A stretch of DNA of 64,000 nt from Lysobacteraceae bacterium (GCA_023657465.1 JAGTJX010000001.1:460358-524357); one strand, 5' to 3'. Positions 51,214 to 63,148 are shown, numbered from the stretch's first letter. The notes: a model not told the origin generated them from the letters alone. Numbers and translations are program-made.

Positions 51214-51765
51214 ATGCAAACACAAAGTGTTACAAATGAGATGTCTTGGTACGTTGTTCACACGTACTCTGGCTACGAAAATAAGGCTAAAATTGCACTC
51301 GAAGAGCGCATTAAATCCCTTAAAAAAGAGCCTCTTTTCGGTGAAGTCATCGTTCCTGAAGAAAACGTTATAGAGCTTGTTAAGGGCCAAAAACGCACTA
51401 CAAAACGTCGTTTTTTCCCAGGTTATATTCTTGTGAAAATGGTTCTTACCGATGAAACATGGCACATCGTAAAAGACACTCCAAAAATTACTGGTTTCGT
51501 AGGCGATAAAGTGAAGCCAATTCCAATCGCTGAAGCAGAAGTTCAAAAAATGACTAATCGTATGGCTGAGGGTCAGTCTAAACCTCGTCCACGCGTCTCC
51601 TTTATTGAAGGCGAAAATGTTCGCGTCGTTGATGGTCCGTTCTCTAATTTCAACGGAACCATCGAAGAAGTGAATCCTGATAAAGGTAAGGTCAAAGTAT
51701 TGGTGAGTATCTTCGGACGTTCAACTCCTGTTGAACTAGATTTTATTCAAGTTGAAAAAGTATAA
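51214..51765 (+). CDS. nusG: Transcription antitermination factor NusG
   Basis: [30 protein letters not shown]. Confidence 0.97.
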   Translation: MQTQSVTNEMSWYVVHTYSGYENKAKIALEERIKSLKKEPLFGEVIVPEENVIELVKGQKRTTKRRFFPGYILVKMVLTDETWHIVKDTPKITGFVGDKVKPIPIAEAEVQKMTNRMAEGQSKPRPRVSFIEGENVRVVDGPFSNFNGTIEEVNPDKGKVKVLVSIFGRSTPVELDFIQVEKV

Positions 51766-51789
51766 CTAATTGGGTATTAAGAGCGGCTT

Positions 51790-52212
51790 ATGGCAAAAAA
51801 AGTAACTGGACAGATTAAACTTCAAATCCCTGGCGGACAAGCAAATCCAGCACCACCAGTTGGACCGGCACTCGGCCAGCGTGGCGTAAATATTATGGAA
51901 TTCTGTAAAGCATTCAATGCTAAAACACAGGAGTCCAAAGGCACGATCATTCCAGTGATCATCACTGTTTATTCTGATCGTTCTTTCACTTTCATAACAA
52001 AGACTCCACCGGCGTCTATTTTGTTATTCAAAGCTGCAAAAATTGAAAAAGGTTCAGGCGAGCCCAATAAGAAAAAAGTTGGAAGCGTCACGAAGAAGCA
52101 AATTGAAGACATTGCTAAATTGAAGATGCCAGACTTAAATGCTGGTACTGTAGAAGCGGCAATGAGAACAATCGAAGGAACAGCGAAGAATTCAGGTTTA
52201 ACTGTTTCATAA
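51790..52212 (+). CDS. rplK: 50S ribosomal protein L11
   Basis: [19 protein letters not shown]. Confidence 0.98.
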   Translation: MAKKVTGQIKLQIPGGQANPAPPVGPALGQRGVNIMEFCKAFNAKTQESKGTIIPVIITVYSDRSFTFITKTPPASILLFKAAKIEKGSGEPNKKKVGSVTKKQIEDIAKLKMPDLNAGTVEAAMRTIEGTAKNSGLTVS

Positions 52213-52225
52213 GGTTTTTAAACAT

Positions 52226-52261
52226 GTGGGAGCTGGTCCAAGTGGCTAGCGTCTGAACCAC
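52226..52261 (+). promoter_or_regulatory. Putative L1-binding autoregulatory RNA element before rplA
   Basis: GTGG-GA-GCTGGTC/GGCTAGC...GAA-CCAC: stem with asymmetric internal loop adjacent to SD GGAGG. Confidence 0.6.
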
Positions 52262-52271
52262 GGAGGTACAA

Positions 52272-52988
52272 ATGGCTAAGAAATTCGGTAAACACGGCAA
52301 GAAATATTCTGCTGCACACGAAAAAGTACAAATCGGTAAAGCATACTTAGTAAAAGAGGCATTCGATCTTTTACCGACAGTCGCTTTTGCAAAATTCGAC
52401 GAAACTGTCGATGTTGCATTCAACCTCGGTGTTGACCCGAAACACGCTGACCAAATGGTCAGAGGAGCTCTCGGTCTTCCCCATGGTATCGGAAAAACTG
52501 TTAAAGTTGCTGTTCTCGCAAAAGGCGAAAAAGCAAAAGAAGCACAAGCTGCAGGCGCAGACATTGTTGGTGCTGATGACCTCATCGAAAAAATCCAAGG
52601 TGGATTCCTTGATTTCGATAAGCTCATTGCAACTCCAGATATGATGGTCGCTGTTTCTAAAGTTGGTAAGATTCTTGGACCAAGAAACCTAATGCCTAAC
52701 CCAAAATTAGGTACTGTGACGATGCAAGTTGGCCAAGCTGTTTCAGAACAAAAAAAAGGTAAAGTTGAATACCGCACAGAGAAGACCGGTATCGTTCACG
52801 TGAAGATTGGTAAAAAATCTTTCGGATCAGACAAGCTTCGTGAAAATTTTTTAGCAATCGCATCTCAAATTTTAAAAGCTAAACCAAACACCAGCAAAGG
52901 CACATATCTTAAAAATATAACCCTTTCTTCGACAATGAGCCCTCCAATTAAAATGGATACTCTAGATGTTATGAATGTGGCTGGATAA
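52272..52988 (+). CDS. rplA: 50S ribosomal protein L1
   Basis: KFDETVD, LPHG.GK, LGPRNLMPNPK.GTV. Confidence 0.98.
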   Translation: MAKKFGKHGKKYSAAHEKVQIGKAYLVKEAFDLLPTVAFAKFDETVDVAFNLGVDPKHADQMVRGALGLPHGIGKTVKVAVLAKGEKAKEAQAAGADIVGADDLIEKIQGGFLDFDKLIATPDMMVAVSKVGKILGPRNLMPNPKLGTVTMQVGQAVSEQKKGKVEYRTEKTGIVHVKIGKKSFGSDKLRENFLAIASQILKAKPNTSKGTYLKNITLSSTMSPPIKMDTLDVMNVAG

Positions 52989-53006
52989 TAGGAAGAGACG
53001 AAAATC

Positions 53007-53543
53007 ATGAACAAGGCGCAAAAAGATACTTTAAAAGCGGATTTAAAAGATAAATTCACAAAAGCAAAAGTTGCGATTTTTGCTGACTACAAGGGTCTGT
53101 CTGCAACTCAGGCGGATAATCTCCGTAGAGTACTTCGTGTTGAGAACTGTACGGTAAAAGTTCTGAAGAATAATATTGCTCGTAAAGTGACTGAAGCAGG
53201 ATTCAGCGCAGATACAAAAGCAATTTGTGATGCAACTGTAGGACCTACTCTCGTAGCTTTCGGCTTTGGAGATCCAGCTGCTACAGCAAAAATCATTCAC
53301 AAGTTTGCAAAAGAAAACGAAGCTCTCAAGCTCAAAGACAGCTTGTTAGAAGCAAAAAAAATCTCTCCGGCTGAGATCGAAGCACTTGCTACGCTCCCCT
53401 CAAGAGAAGTTCTCCTGTCTATGTTGCTCAGTACATTCAATGGTCCAGCTCGTGGTTTCGTCAGTGTACTTGCTGCTGTGCCTAGAGGATTGGTTACAGT
53501 TCTTGATGCAGTTGGGAAGAAAAAGTCAGAAGGTCAGCAATAA
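53007..53543 (+). CDS. rplJ: 50S ribosomal protein L10
   Basis: DYKGL, KNN, GPT, LATLPSRE; position. Confidence 0.95.
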   Translation: MNKAQKDTLKADLKDKFTKAKVAIFADYKGLSATQADNLRRVLRVENCTVKVLKNNIARKVTEAGFSADTKAICDATVGPTLVAFGFGDPAATAKIIHKFAKENEALKLKDSLLEAKKISPAEIEALATLPSREVLLSMLLSTFNGPARGFVSVLAAVPRGLVTVLDAVGKKKSEGQQ

Positions 53544-53635
53544 TTTTAAAGGGTTAGTCAAATTTGCTGTGGCCTAGGTAGGGCCCGGTTAACAAGCCAT
53601 GACGGCAAGATACTTGGAAAAAGAAGAGGTAGAAA

Positions 53636-54010
53636 ATGTCAGCAGTTACTAAGGAACAAGTAGTTTCTTTCATCGAAAACATGTCAGTACTCGATCTTTC
53701 ACAACTTGTGAAAGAACTCGAAACAAAATTCGGCGTTTCCGCAGCATCTCCAGTAGCAGCAGTGGGTGCAGCAGCAGCTGGTCCAGTTGCAGAAGCAAAA
53801 ACTGAATTTACAGTGGTATTGGCTGCAGCCGGTGACAAGAAGATCGATGTCATTAAAGAAGTTCGCACGATTACAGGTTTAGGCTTAAAAGAAGCTAAAG
53901 ACCTTGTTGAAGGCGCACCAAAGCCATTAAAAGAAGGCGTAGCTAAAAAAGACGCTGAAGAAATGAAGAAAAAGCTCGAAGCCGTTGGCGCGAAAGTAGA
54001 GCTTAAGTAA
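53636..54010 (+). CDS. rplL: 50S ribosomal protein L7/L12
   Basis: [26 protein letters not shown]. Confidence 0.98.
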   Translation: MSAVTKEQVVSFIENMSVLDLSQLVKELETKFGVSAASPVAAVGAAAAGPVAEAKTEFTVVLAAAGDKKIDVIKEVRTITGLGLKEAKDLVEGAPKPLKEGVAKKDAEEMKKKLEAVGAKVELK

Positions 54011-54042
54011 TTTTTTCCAGTATCTTGTCGTAAAGAGTTACA

Positions 54043-54080
54043 GGAAGAAGCAGCAAGAGATGTGTCTTGTTGTTTCTTCC
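54043..54080 (+). promoter_or_regulatory. 16-bp hairpin in the rplL-rpoB spacer (attenuator or processing site)
   Basis: ggaagaagcagcaaga / tcttgttgtttcttcc, 6-nt loop, two G-U pairs. Confidence 0.7.
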
Positions 54081-54179
54081 CTAATTTTGTACGAGTGGCC
54101 TTTTCTCTTTGCACTAGGTCATATTTTGAGCTAAGTTTTGGCACACATCAAAAACCAGCTACCGTAAGGGGAGTCCGAA

Positions 54180-57100
54180 ATGGGTCTTCTGTTTTCTGAA
54201 AACCGTCGCGTTCGAAAAGATTTTTCACGAATTAAAACACCGCTTGAGATCCCAAATCTCATTGAGCTTCAGAAGAATTCTTATGAAGCATTTCTGCAAG
54301 CTGAAGTAACTCCACAGAAACGTACTTTGACAGGCCTTCAAGGCGTGTTCAAGTCAGTGTTTCCTATTGAGGATTTTGATAAAACAGCATCACTTGAATT
54401 TGAGAGCTATGTTTTAGAAAAGCCAAAATACGATGTTGATGAATGTCGTAGCCGCGGCATGACTTATGCTGCTCCATTAAAAATTACAGTTCGTTTAGTT
54501 GTTTATGACGTGGAAGAAGAAGCACAAACGCGCAACATACGAGACATAAAAGAACAAGAAGTTTACATGGGCGAAATCCCACTCATGACCGAAAATGGTT
54601 CGTTTATCATTAACGGTACTGAGCGCGTAATCGTCAGTCAATTACACCGTTCACCTGGCGTTATTTTCACTCACGACCAAGGTAAGTCTCACTCCAGCGG
54701 CAAGATTCTTTATTCCGCTCGCGTAATTCCTCATCGAGGTTCTTGGCTTGATTTTGAATTCGATCACAAAGACATCATGCACGCTCGTATCGATCGCAAA
54801 CGTAAGTTGCCTGCGACGATCATTCTTCGTGCTCTAGGAATGACTCCTACTGAGATCTTGGCTCGTTTCTACAAAATCGAAACCATGAACATCGAAAAAG
54901 GTAAAGACGGACTCAAAGTATACAGAGCGGTTGATTTAGAAATTCTTTCAGGCCAGCGCGCAGAAGAAGATCTTCTCGATCCAAAAACAAAAGAAGTCAT
55001 CGTTAAGAAGAACCGTAAATTTACAAAATCAGTTCTTAAGAAAATCGAAGACGCAGGCATTAAGCGTTTAGAGCTTCCAATGGAAATTGCTATCGGTCGC
55101 GTTCTCTCTGAAGACATCGTCGACGAGAAAACTGGAGAAGTAATTCTCGAAGTGAACACTGAGCTTAGCGAAGCGAAGATCAAAGATCTTTATGCTCGTG
55201 GAATCGTAAAAGTAAAAGTCATCTTCACCGATAACTTGAGCTACGGTCCATTCATCCGTGAAACTCTCCTTGCAGATCGCGTGACTAATCCTGAAGAAGC
55301 TTTGATCGAGATCTATAAGCGTTTACGTCCGGGTGATCCACCAACTGTAGAAGCTTCTAAGCAGCTTTTCGAAAACCTATTTTTTAACGATGAGAGATAT
55401 GATCTTTCTCGCGTTGGTCGTTTAAAACTCAATTACAAATTCCCAACAAACGGAATTTCTGTTGAAACATCGACTCTCACTAAAAAAGATATCTTAGATA
55501 TTCTTTTCTATCTCTGTGAGCTCAACAACGGTCGCGGAACAATCGATGATATCGATCACTTGGGTAACCGCCGCGTAAGAGCAGTGGGCGAGTTAATCGA
55601 AAATCAATATCGTATTGGCCTCGTTCGTATGGAGAGAGCGATCAAAGAACGTATGAGTATTCAAGAAATTGAAACTCTCATGCCTCATGATCTCATCAAC
55701 CAAAAACCAGTTTCAGCTGTGATTAAGGAGTTCTTCGGATCTTCTCAGTTGTCTCAGTTTATGGATCAAACCAATCCATTGTCTGAAGTAACTCATAAGC
55801 GTCGTCTTTCTGCTTTAGGACCCGGAGGTCTCACTCGTGAGCGCGCTGGATTCGAAGTTCGCGACGTTCACAGTACTCACTACGGTCGTATTTGCCCGAT
55901 CGAGACTCCTGAAGGACCAAACATTGGTCTCATTGCGTCTCTCTCAACATTCGCACGTGTGAATGATTTCGGATTTATTGAAACGCCTTATCGAATGATC
56001 AAGGACAAGAAGATCCAAAGTGAAGTGAAATATTTCACTGCTACAGAAGAAGAGAACAAGATTATTGCTCAAACCAATGTCGAAGCTCTCAAAGCTGGTA
56101 AACTCGGCACTGAACTTGCTTCTGCTCGTCGTAAAGGTGATTTCGCTCTCGTTCAACCTGATGATGTTGAGCTTATGGACGTATCTCCTAACCAGTTGGT
56201 TTCTATTGCAGCTTCACTTATTCCATTCTTGGAACACGATGATGCTAACCGAGCTCTCATGGGTTCAAACATGCAGCGTCAGGCAGTTCCGCTCATTCGT
56301 TCTGCTGCTCCCTATGTAGGAACAGGGATTGAAAGAATTGTGGCTCGTGACTCTGGTCACGTTACTAATGCTAAATTTGATGGCGAAGTCATCATGGTCG
56401 ACAGCACTAAAGTAGTTGTTCGTAGATCAGGTAACACCAGCGAAATTGGTTCTGATGTTGATATTTACAATCTCGTAAAATATCGCCGTTCTAACCAAAA
56501 CACATGCGTGAACCAAAAACCAGTCGTGAAAGTCGGAGAGAAAGTCAAAGCAGGAGAAGTTCTTGCTGACGGTCCTTCTACAGACAAAGGCGAATTGGCT
56601 CTCGGTCAAAACGTCCTCGTCGCGTTCATGCCTTGGAATGGTTACAACTTCGAAGACTCGATCTTGATTTCAGAGCGTCTCATTAAAGACGACTGGTTCA
56701 CCTCTATTCACATCGAAGAGTTCGAGTGCGTAGCTCGTGATACCAAGCTTGGAAAAGAAGAAATCACACGCGACATCCCGAACGTCGGTGAAGAAGCACT
56801 CAAAGACTTAGATGAGAGCGGTATCATCCGTATCGGTGCTGAAGTGAAACCTGGAGATGTTCTTGTCGGTAAGGTCACTCCAAAAGGTGAAACTCAACTT
56901 TCTCCAGAAGAAAAACTCTTAAGAGCAATCTTCGGAGAGAAAGCGGGAGACGTGAGAGATACATCTCTTCGCGCTTCATCTGGTGTTTATGGAACAATCA
57001 TTAACGCTCAAGTCTTCGCTCGCGAAGGCACAGAGCCAGATGAACGTTCTAAGCAAATTCTAGAAGAGCATATTGCAAAAATCCGTCGCGACGAAAAAAT

Positions 57101-58319
57101 CGAGACAGATGCAATTCGCACTTCTGCAATGAACAGACTCACCAAAATTCTTGATGGCGTAACAACCACAGGTAAACTTCTTTCTGAAGACGGATCAGTT
57201 GAGCTCCTTAAAAAGGGTCAAAAACTCGATCGAGAAACTCTGAACGAAGTTCCTTTTGAATTGTTGGGATTCATTCCAGTCAAAGATGAACTCGAAAAAG
57301 AAGTAACAGCTGTAATGAAAGCAGGTCGTGAAAAAATCGATGCTGTTCGTTACGTCTTCAAAGAAAAAATCGACAAACTCAAAAAAGGTGACGAACTTGC
57401 TCCTGGCGTGATCAAAATGGTTAAAATCCAAATTGCGATCAAGCGTAAGCTTCAAGTCGGCGATAAAATGGCCGGCCGTCACGGTAATAAAGGAGTTATT
57501 TCAAGAATCGTTCCTGCGGAAGATATGCCATTCATGGCGGACGGAACACCAATCGATATGGTGCTCAATCCACTCGGCGTTCCTTCGCGTATGAACATCG
57601 GTCAGTTGCTTGAGTTGACATTAGGTTGGGCTGCAAAAGGTCTCGCAGATCGCGTGACTTACTACATGGATCGCGTAGAAATGCCTAATCTTAAGAAACT
57701 CATCAAAGAAATCTATTCTTCTCCTGAAGTAGATAAGTACGTTGACTCAGCATCCGATGCGGATCTGAAGAAAATGGCTCATCAGCTCAAGGGCGGAATT
57801 CACTTTGCAACTCCTGTGTTCGATGGAGCGAATGAAAAAGAAATTGGAAGAATGCTTGAAATTGCAGGTCTCCCACCATTAGGCAAAACAACGCTTTATG
57901 ATGGAACAACTGGCGAGCCATTCTCTGAAGAAGTCACAGTCGGCATGATGTACATGCTCAAGCTCCACCACTTGGTTGAAGAGAAAATCCATGCTCGAAG
58001 CATCGGACCTTACAGCTTAGTGACGCAGCAACCTCTCGGCGGTAAAGCGCAATTTGGTGGTCAGCGTTTAGGTGAGATGGAAGTTTGGGCACTTGAGGCA
58101 TATGGCGCTGCTTACGGATTGCAAGAGTTCTTAACAGTCAAATCAGACGACGTTACAGGCCGTAACCGTATGTATGAAGCGATTGTGAAGGGTGAGCAAC
58201 TTCTTGAGCCAGGATTACCTGAGTCGTTCAATGTTCTAGTGAAAGAGCTACAAAGCTTGGCACTTAACGTTGAGTTAATCGAAGGTGAAGACGAAAAAGA
58301 AATTTCAGGCGAGCTATAA
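54180..58319 (+). CDS. rpoB: RNA polymerase beta subunit
   Basis: [31 protein letters not shown]. Confidence 0.99.
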   Translation: MGLLFSENRRVRKDFSRIKTPLEIPNLIELQKNSYEAFLQAEVTPQKRTLTGLQGVFKSVFPIEDFDKTASLEFESYVLEKPKYDVDECRSRGMTYAAPLKITVRLVVYDVEEEAQTRNIRDIKEQEVYMGEIPLMTENGSFIINGTERVIVSQLHRSPGVIFTHDQGKSHSSGKILYSARVIPHRGSWLDFEFDHKDIMHARIDRKRKLPATIILRALGMTPTEILARFYKIETMNIEKGKDGLKVYRAVDLEILSGQRAEEDLLDPKTKEVIVKKNRKFTKSVLKKIEDAGIKRLELPMEIAIGRVLSEDIVDEKTGEVILEVNTELSEAKIKDLYARGIVKVKVIFTDNLSYGPFIRETLLADRVTNPEEALIEIYKRLRPGDPPTVEASKQLFENLFFNDERYDLSRVGRLKLNYKFPTNGISVETSTLTKKDILDILFYLCELNNGRGTIDDIDHLGNRRVRAVGELIENQYRIGLVRMERAIKERMSIQEIETLMPHDLINQKPVSAVIKEFFGSSQLSQFMDQTNPLSEVTHKRRLSALGPGGLTRERAGFEVRDVHSTHYGRICPIETPEGPNIGLIASLSTFARVNDFGFIETPYRMIKDKKIQSEVKYFTATEEENKIIAQTNVEALKAGKLGTELASARRKGDFALVQPDDVELMDVSPNQLVSIAASLIPFLEHDDANRALMGSNMQRQAVPLIRSAAPYVGTGIERIVARDSGHVTNAKFDGEVIMVDSTKVVVRRSGNTSEIGSDVDIYNLVKYRRSNQNTCVNQKPVVKVGEKVKAGEVLADGPSTDKGELALGQNVLVAFMPWNGYNFEDSILISERLIKDDWFTSIHIEEFECVARDTKLGKEEITRDIPNVGEEALKDLDESGIIRIGAEVKPGDVLVGKVTPKGETQLSPEEKLLRAIFGEKAGDVRDTSLRASSGVYGTIINAQVFAREGTEPDERSKQILEEHIAKIRRDEKIETDAIRTSAMNRLTKILDGVTTTGKLLSEDGSVELLKKGQKLDRETLNEVPFELLGFIPVKDELEKEVTAVMKAGREKIDAVRYVFKEKIDKLKKGDELAPGVIKMVKIQIAIKRKLQVGDKMAGRHGNKGVISRIVPAEDMPFMADGTPIDMVLNPLGVPSRMNIGQLLELTLGWAAKGLADRVTYYMDRVEMPNLKKLIKEIYSSPEVDKYVDSASDADLKKMAHQLKGGIHFATPVFDGANEKEIGRMLEIAGLPPLGKTTLYDGTTGEPFSEEVTVGMMYMLKLHHLVEEKIHARSIGPYSLVTQQPLGGKAQFGGQRLGEMEVWALEAYGAAYGLQEFLTVKSDDVTGRNRMYEAIVKGEQLLEPGLPESFNVLVKELQSLALNVELIEGEDEKEISGEL

Positions 58320-58357
58320 ATTTTAAGATGTATTTTTAAGAATCGGAGACAAGAAAC

Positions 58358-61300
58358 ATGAAAGATCTTCTAAACTTTTTTGATAAGCCAAAAGATCCAT
58401 TGAGCTTTAAAGGCATTCGAATTTCTTTGGCATCCCCAGAGAAAATTCGGGAGTGGTCATACGGCGAAGTGAAAAAGCCTGAGACGATTAACTATCGTAC
58501 GTTCAAACCTGAGCGTGATGGTTTGTTCTGCGCAAAAATCTTTGGACCTGTGAAAGATTACGAATGTATCTGCGGCAAATACAAGCGCATGAAACACCGT
58601 GGAGTAGTTTGCGAAAAATGCGGAGTTGAAGTCATTCAATCCAAAGTTCGTCGTGAACGCCTAGGTCACATTGAATTAGCGACTCCAGTGGCTCACATCT
58701 GGTTTTTAAGATCACTCCCTTCACGTATTGGAGCTCTCTTAGATCTTTCTCTTAAAGATGTAGAAAAAGTTCTCTATTGCGAAGCTTTCGTTCTCGTTGA
58801 TCCAGGTAATTCTGGTCTCGAAGAAAACAGTCTCGTTCTAGAAGATAAGTATAACCAGCTCATGAAAGATGGAAACACTTTCACTGCAGGTATGGGCGGC
58901 GAATCCGTTCGTGATCTCTTGAAGAATATCGATCTCGAGACACTTTCTCGTCAGCTACGCCGTGACATGAAACAAACTTCATCAGAAGCTCAACGTACCA
59001 AGCTCGCTAAGCGCTTGAACGTTGTTGAATCATTCCGCTCAAGTGGCATTAATCGTCCAGAGTGGATGATGCTTGAAGTGATTCCAGTCATCCCTCCAGA
59101 ATTAAGACCACTCGTTCCTCTCGATGGCGGAAGATTCGCAACTTCAGATCTTAACGATCTCTATCGACGCGTAATCAACCGTAACAATCGTTTGAAACGC
59201 CTCATGGAACTCAATGCTCCTGAAATCATCATCAGAAACGAAAAACGTATGCTTCAAGAATCTGTGGATGCTCTCTTCGACAACGGTCGAAGAGGCAAAG
59301 TTTTCACTGGTGCTAACAAGCGTCCACTTCGTTCACTCTCTGAGATGCTCAAAGGGAAAGCAGGTCGATTCCGTCAGAACTTGTTAGGTAAGCGCGTAGA
59401 TTACTCAGGTCGTTCAGTGATCGTTGTTGGTCCTGAACTCCGTTTACATCAGTGCGGATTGCCGAAAGTCATGGCTCTCGAGCTATTCAAGCCTTTCATT
59501 TATAACAAACTCTCTGAGTACGGTTATGTGACCACCATTAAGTCTGCGAAGAAAATGGTTGAGAAACAACGCCAAGAAGTTTGGGATATCTTAGAAGAAG
59601 TAGTCAAAGAACATCCAGTACTCCTCAATCGCGCTCCAACTCTTCATAGACTTGGTATTCAAGCGTTTGAACCTGTACTCATAGAAGGAAAAGCGATTCA
59701 GCTTCACCCTCTCGTTTGCTCGGCTTTCAACGCCGACTTCGACGGTGACCAAATGGCTGTTCACGTTCCTCTTTCAATCGAAGCTCAAATTGAAGCTCGC
59801 GTATTGATGATGTCTACGAACAACATTCTTTCTCCAGCTAACGGAAAGCCAGTCATCGTTCCTACTCAAGATATCGTCTTGGGTCTGTATTACATGACTC
59901 GTGAACGTCCGTTTGCAGCAGGCGAAGGCCGTAGTTTCTCGAATCCTGACGAAGCACAATTTGCTCTCGACTCAGGCATCGTAGATCTACAATCCAGAGT
60001 AAAATGCCGTATTCGTGGTAAGTCCTACGAGACTACAGTCGGTCGCGCGATTCTTTCTAAAATCTTGCCAGACGAGCTTCCGTTCAGTCTGATCAACAAG
60101 GTCTCAGGCAAAAAAGAATTAGCTGACCTCATGGATCAATGCTTCCGTCTTTGTGGAAACAAGAAAACTGTTCTTCTCGCTGACCATTTGATGCAAACAG
60201 GCTTCAAACAAGCGATGAAGGGTGGAATTTCGATTTCTATCCACGACATGAAAATGCCATCTGAGAAACAACCTCTCTTAGGCAAAGCATACGAACAAGT
60301 TCAAGAAATCGAGAACCAATACGTTGAAGGTCTCATCACAGACGGTGAGCGCTACAATAAGGTGATCGATATTTGGGCACAAACCTCTGAACAGATCACG
60401 ACAGCGATGATGAAAAACTTATCGACAGACGTGTTCAAGGCTCCTGCAAACTCAAAAGATAAAGATAAAAAAGACGTAGTTGGACCTTCATTCAACTCTG
60501 TCTTCATCATGGCTGATTCAGGCGCAAGGGGTTCTACTGCTCAGATCCGACAGTTAGCAGGTATGAGAGGTTTGATGGCGAAACCGTCAGGCGAGATCAT
60601 CGAAAACCCGATCGTTGCTAACTTCCGTGAAGGTCTCTCTGTTCTCGAATACTTCGTCTCCACTCACGGTGCTCGTAAGGGCCTCGCAGATACAGCTCTT
60701 AAAACAGCTAACTCTGGTTACCTCACACGCCGTCTCGTAGACGTAGCTCAAGACGTTATTGTTCACGATTACGATTGCGGTACTAAAGACGGTATCGTCA
60801 TGACTCCGCTCATTGAAGGCGGCGAAGTGATTGAAACTCTCTCTAACCGTATTCTTGGTCGCGTGAATCTGGAAGACGTTCTCGATCCAATTAACAGCGA
60901 AGTTGTTGTTAAGGCTGGAACAGAGCTCGACGAAGATGTTGTTAAGAAGATTGAAGAAGCAGGTATTGACCGCGTAAAAATCCGCTCAGTGCTCACTTGC
61001 CAAACTAAGGTTGGTATTTGTGCTCTCTGCTATGGCCGAGATCTCGGTCGTGGAAGAATGGTTTCAAACGGTGAAGCAACTGGCGTTATCGCAGCTCAAT
61101 CAATCGGTGAACCAGGAACTCAGCTCACTATGAGAACGTTCCACATCGGTGGTGCGGCTTCCAGACACGCTGAAGCATCAAACCTCGAAGCTAAGACTAA
61201 AGGTACTGTTAAACTCGTTAACGTTACTTCTGTTAAGAACAAAGAAGGCTACCTTACTGTTATGAATCGTAACGGTGAAGTGGTCATCGTGGATGCTAAC

Positions 61301-62518
61301 GGACGTGAACGTGAGAAATATCCAGTCGTATACGGCGCGAAACTTCTCAAGAAAGACGGAGACTCTGTTGAAAAAGGTACACTCGTAGCTGAGTGGGATC
61401 CGTATTCAACTCCGATCATCACTGAGGTTTCAGGAAAAGTGAAGTTTGAGGACATTGAAGAAGGTGTCACCATGACTGAGCAATTCGACTCTGTGACCGG
61501 TCTCTCACACAAAGTTATTACTGAATCCAAATCGACTGACCGTCGTCCTAAGTTATTGATCCTAGGACCAGATGGTGAGCCTCTGAAGATTTCAGGAGCG
61601 ATCAGCCGTGTGGCTCGTTACATGCTTCCAGTTGGCGCTAACTTGGTTGTTAACGACGGTGACGAAGTTAAAGCCGGTGACACGATCGTTAAGATCCACC
61701 GGGAATCGTCTAAAACTAAAGACATTACAGGCGGTCTTCCACGTGTTGCAGAACTCTTCGAAGCTCGTAAACCTAAGGACTCAGCAGTTATTACTGAGAT
61801 CGACGGTATGGTTTCATTTGGTAAAGACACCAAAGGTAAACGAAAGATCATCGTTACTCCAGAAAGTGGCGAACCACGTGAATACCTCATCGGAAAAGGT
61901 AAGCACTTGGCTGTCAATGAAGGCGACTACGTCAAAGCAGGCGAGCCTCTCATGGATGGACCAATCAATCCGCACGATATTCTCCGCGTGATGGGAGAAA
62001 AGGCGCTAGCTAAATACCTCGTAGACGAAGTTCAAGAAGTTTATCGTCTCCAAGGTGTGAAGATTAACGACAAGCACATCGAGATCATCGTTCGTTCGAT
62101 GCTAAGAAAAGTAAAAGTTAAAGACGTTGGTGATACAGCGTTCTTGTCAGGTGAGAGTGTTGAAAGACTCGAGTACGAAGCAGAAAATACTCGTGTACTT
62201 GCTACCGGTGGAGCTCCAGCTACATGTGAGCCGCTCCTCTTAGGTATCACTAAAGCATCACTCACAACTGAAAGCTTTATTTCAGCAGCTTCATTCCAAG
62301 AGACGACAAAAGTTCTCACCGAAGCTTCTATCAGCGGTAAGGTCGATTACCTCCGCGGATTGAAAGAAAACGTGATTATGGGTCGTTTGATCCCTGCAGG
62401 TACAGGTCTCATGAAATACAAAGGCATGACGATCTCTGTAGAAGGTCAGGAAGAAGCTAAGTCACAGGTTGTTCCTGTGCGAGAAACAGTTGTTGCACAA
62501 CCTACTGTTCAAGCTTAA
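58358..62518 (+). CDS. rpoC: RNA polymerase beta-prime subunit
   Basis: NADFDGD, zinc fingers, SAASFQET. Confidence 0.99.
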   Translation: MKDLLNFFDKPKDPLSFKGIRISLASPEKIREWSYGEVKKPETINYRTFKPERDGLFCAKIFGPVKDYECICGKYKRMKHRGVVCEKCGVEVIQSKVRRERLGHIELATPVAHIWFLRSLPSRIGALLDLSLKDVEKVLYCEAFVLVDPGNSGLEENSLVLEDKYNQLMKDGNTFTAGMGGESVRDLLKNIDLETLSRQLRRDMKQTSSEAQRTKLAKRLNVVESFRSSGINRPEWMMLEVIPVIPPELRPLVPLDGGRFATSDLNDLYRRVINRNNRLKRLMELNAPEIIIRNEKRMLQESVDALFDNGRRGKVFTGANKRPLRSLSEMLKGKAGRFRQNLLGKRVDYSGRSVIVVGPELRLHQCGLPKVMALELFKPFIYNKLSEYGYVTTIKSAKKMVEKQRQEVWDILEEVVKEHPVLLNRAPTLHRLGIQAFEPVLIEGKAIQLHPLVCSAFNADFDGDQMAVHVPLSIEAQIEARVLMMSTNNILSPANGKPVIVPTQDIVLGLYYMTRERPFAAGEGRSFSNPDEAQFALDSGIVDLQSRVKCRIRGKSYETTVGRAILSKILPDELPFSLINKVSGKKELADLMDQCFRLCGNKKTVLLADHLMQTGFKQAMKGGISISIHDMKMPSEKQPLLGKAYEQVQEIENQYVEGLITDGERYNKVIDIWAQTSEQITTAMMKNLSTDVFKAPANSKDKDKKDVVGPSFNSVFIMADSGARGSTAQIRQLAGMRGLMAKPSGEIIENPIVANFREGLSVLEYFVSTHGARKGLADTALKTANSGYLTRRLVDVAQDVIVHDYDCGTKDGIVMTPLIEGGEVIETLSNRILGRVNLEDVLDPINSEVVVKAGTELDEDVVKKIEEAGIDRVKIRSVLTCQTKVGICALCYGRDLGRGRMVSNGEATGVIAAQSIGEPGTQLTMRTFHIGGAASRHAEASNLEAKTKGTVKLVNVTSVKNKEGYLTVMNRNGEVVIVDANGREREKYPVVYGAKLLKKDGDSVEKGTLVAEWDPYSTPIITEVSGKVKFEDIEEGVTMTEQFDSVTGLSHKVITESKSTDRRPKLLILGPDGEPLKISGAISRVARYMLPVGANLVVNDGDEVKAGDTIVKIHRESSKTKDITGGLPRVAELFEARKPKDSAVITEIDGMVSFGKDTKGKRKIIVTPESGEPREYLIGKGKHLAVNEGDYVKAGEPLMDGPINPHDILRVMGEKALAKYLVDEVQEVYRLQGVKINDKHIEIIVRSMLRKVKVKDVGDTAFLSGESVERLEYEAENTRVLATGGAPATCEPLLLGITKASLTTESFISAASFQETTKVLTEASISGKVDYLRGLKENVIMGRLIPAGTGLMKYKGMTISVEGQEEAKSQVVPVRETVVAQPTVQA

Positions 62519-62549
62519 TAAGCTAGGATATGTAGGTGTAAATTTGGAT

Positions 62550-62624
62550 GGGCGATTAGCTCAGCGGTAGAGCAGGGTCTTTACACGGCCAAGGTCGTAG
62601 GTTCAATCCCTTCATCGCCCACCA
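62550..62624 (+). tRNA. tRNA-Val(TAC)
   Basis: GGGCGAT/ATCGCCC acceptor, TTTACAC loop, CCA; two stem mismatches. Confidence 0.88.
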
Positions 62625-62634
62625 TTTTTTTCTG

Positions 62635-62721
62635 GGTCTATACCGGACACATAGGTAACAGATTATACCGGAGACATGGATAACACTTTCGGGCCAAAGG
62701 GGAGGTCTATACCGGACACAT
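62635..62721 (-). mobile_element. IS481-family-like end remnant next to tRNA-Val
   Basis: 18-bp direct repeat ggtctataccggacacat (62635-62652, 62704-62721), a third degenerate copy, and minus-strand peptide PFGPKVLSMSPV-stop resembling an IS481 transposase C-terminus (from recall). Confidence 0.55.
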
Positions 62722-62816
62722 TTAATCCTGTCATTGCATATCCTTATAAAGCTAGACAATCCGTTTTTGATAAGTTAGCTACCAGTTGCAGATTAAATTT
62801 CAAAATGGAGAAAAAA

Positions 62817-63098
62817 ATGAAAGTATTTTTAACGATTTTAACATTTTCAATTTCGATTAGTGCGCTTGCGGATAGGGACGTAGTTCGTCTCACTAATGGT
62901 GGATCCTTTGAGACATCAAGTGGAACAATGATAACTTGCACAGGAACGATTATCAAAAAAGATGTTGCGTGCTTTTGTAATTCAAATAACACACTTTATA
63001 TTGTTAGAACAACGACTAAGGGAGACGCAGTCTTGGGTAGATTCGACACTAAAAAAGAATGTCTAAAGGATTTAGCCACTCGATCCGACTGTAATTAA
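62817..63098 (+). CDS. Small secreted Cys-containing hypothetical protein
   Basis: SD GGAG; signal peptide MKVFLTILTFSISISALA; five Cys; AT-rich. Confidence 0.65.
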   Translation: MKVFLTILTFSISISALADRDVVRLTNGGSFETSSGTMITCTGTIIKKDVACFCNSNNTLYIVRTTTKGDAVLGRFDTKKECLKDLATRSDCN

Positions 63099-63148
63099 TT
63101 TGCAATTATAGAAATCCGGCAAAGGTTTCCTTTGTTAGTAAAATAATT

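Larger units (their letters stand above)
53554..54134 (+). other. Long-range nested RNA helices enclosing rplL
   Basis: 53602-53623 pairs 54011-54031; 53580-53585 pairs 54097-54102; 53568-53577 pairs 54114-54123; 53554-53562 pairs 54125-54134. Confidence 0.75.

Noticed and set aside
52115-52777. 220-aa antisense ORF over rplA, and similar ones over tuf, rpoB, rpoC, lon and ligA
   Set aside because: Shadow frames caused by codon bias of conserved genes
53554-54144. 196-aa minus-strand ORF spanning the rplL clamp region
   Set aside because: Antisense shadow of rplL with no protein-like features; matching span appears coincidental
55730-55830. Rifampicin-resistance changes in rpoB, and fosfomycin resistance in murA
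   Set aside because: RRDR reads as the sensitive consensus and MurA keeps the active-site Cys
62635-62721. Direct repeats as a mini-CRISPR
   Set aside because: Only 2-3 short repeats, irregular spacing, no cas genes; better explained as IS ends
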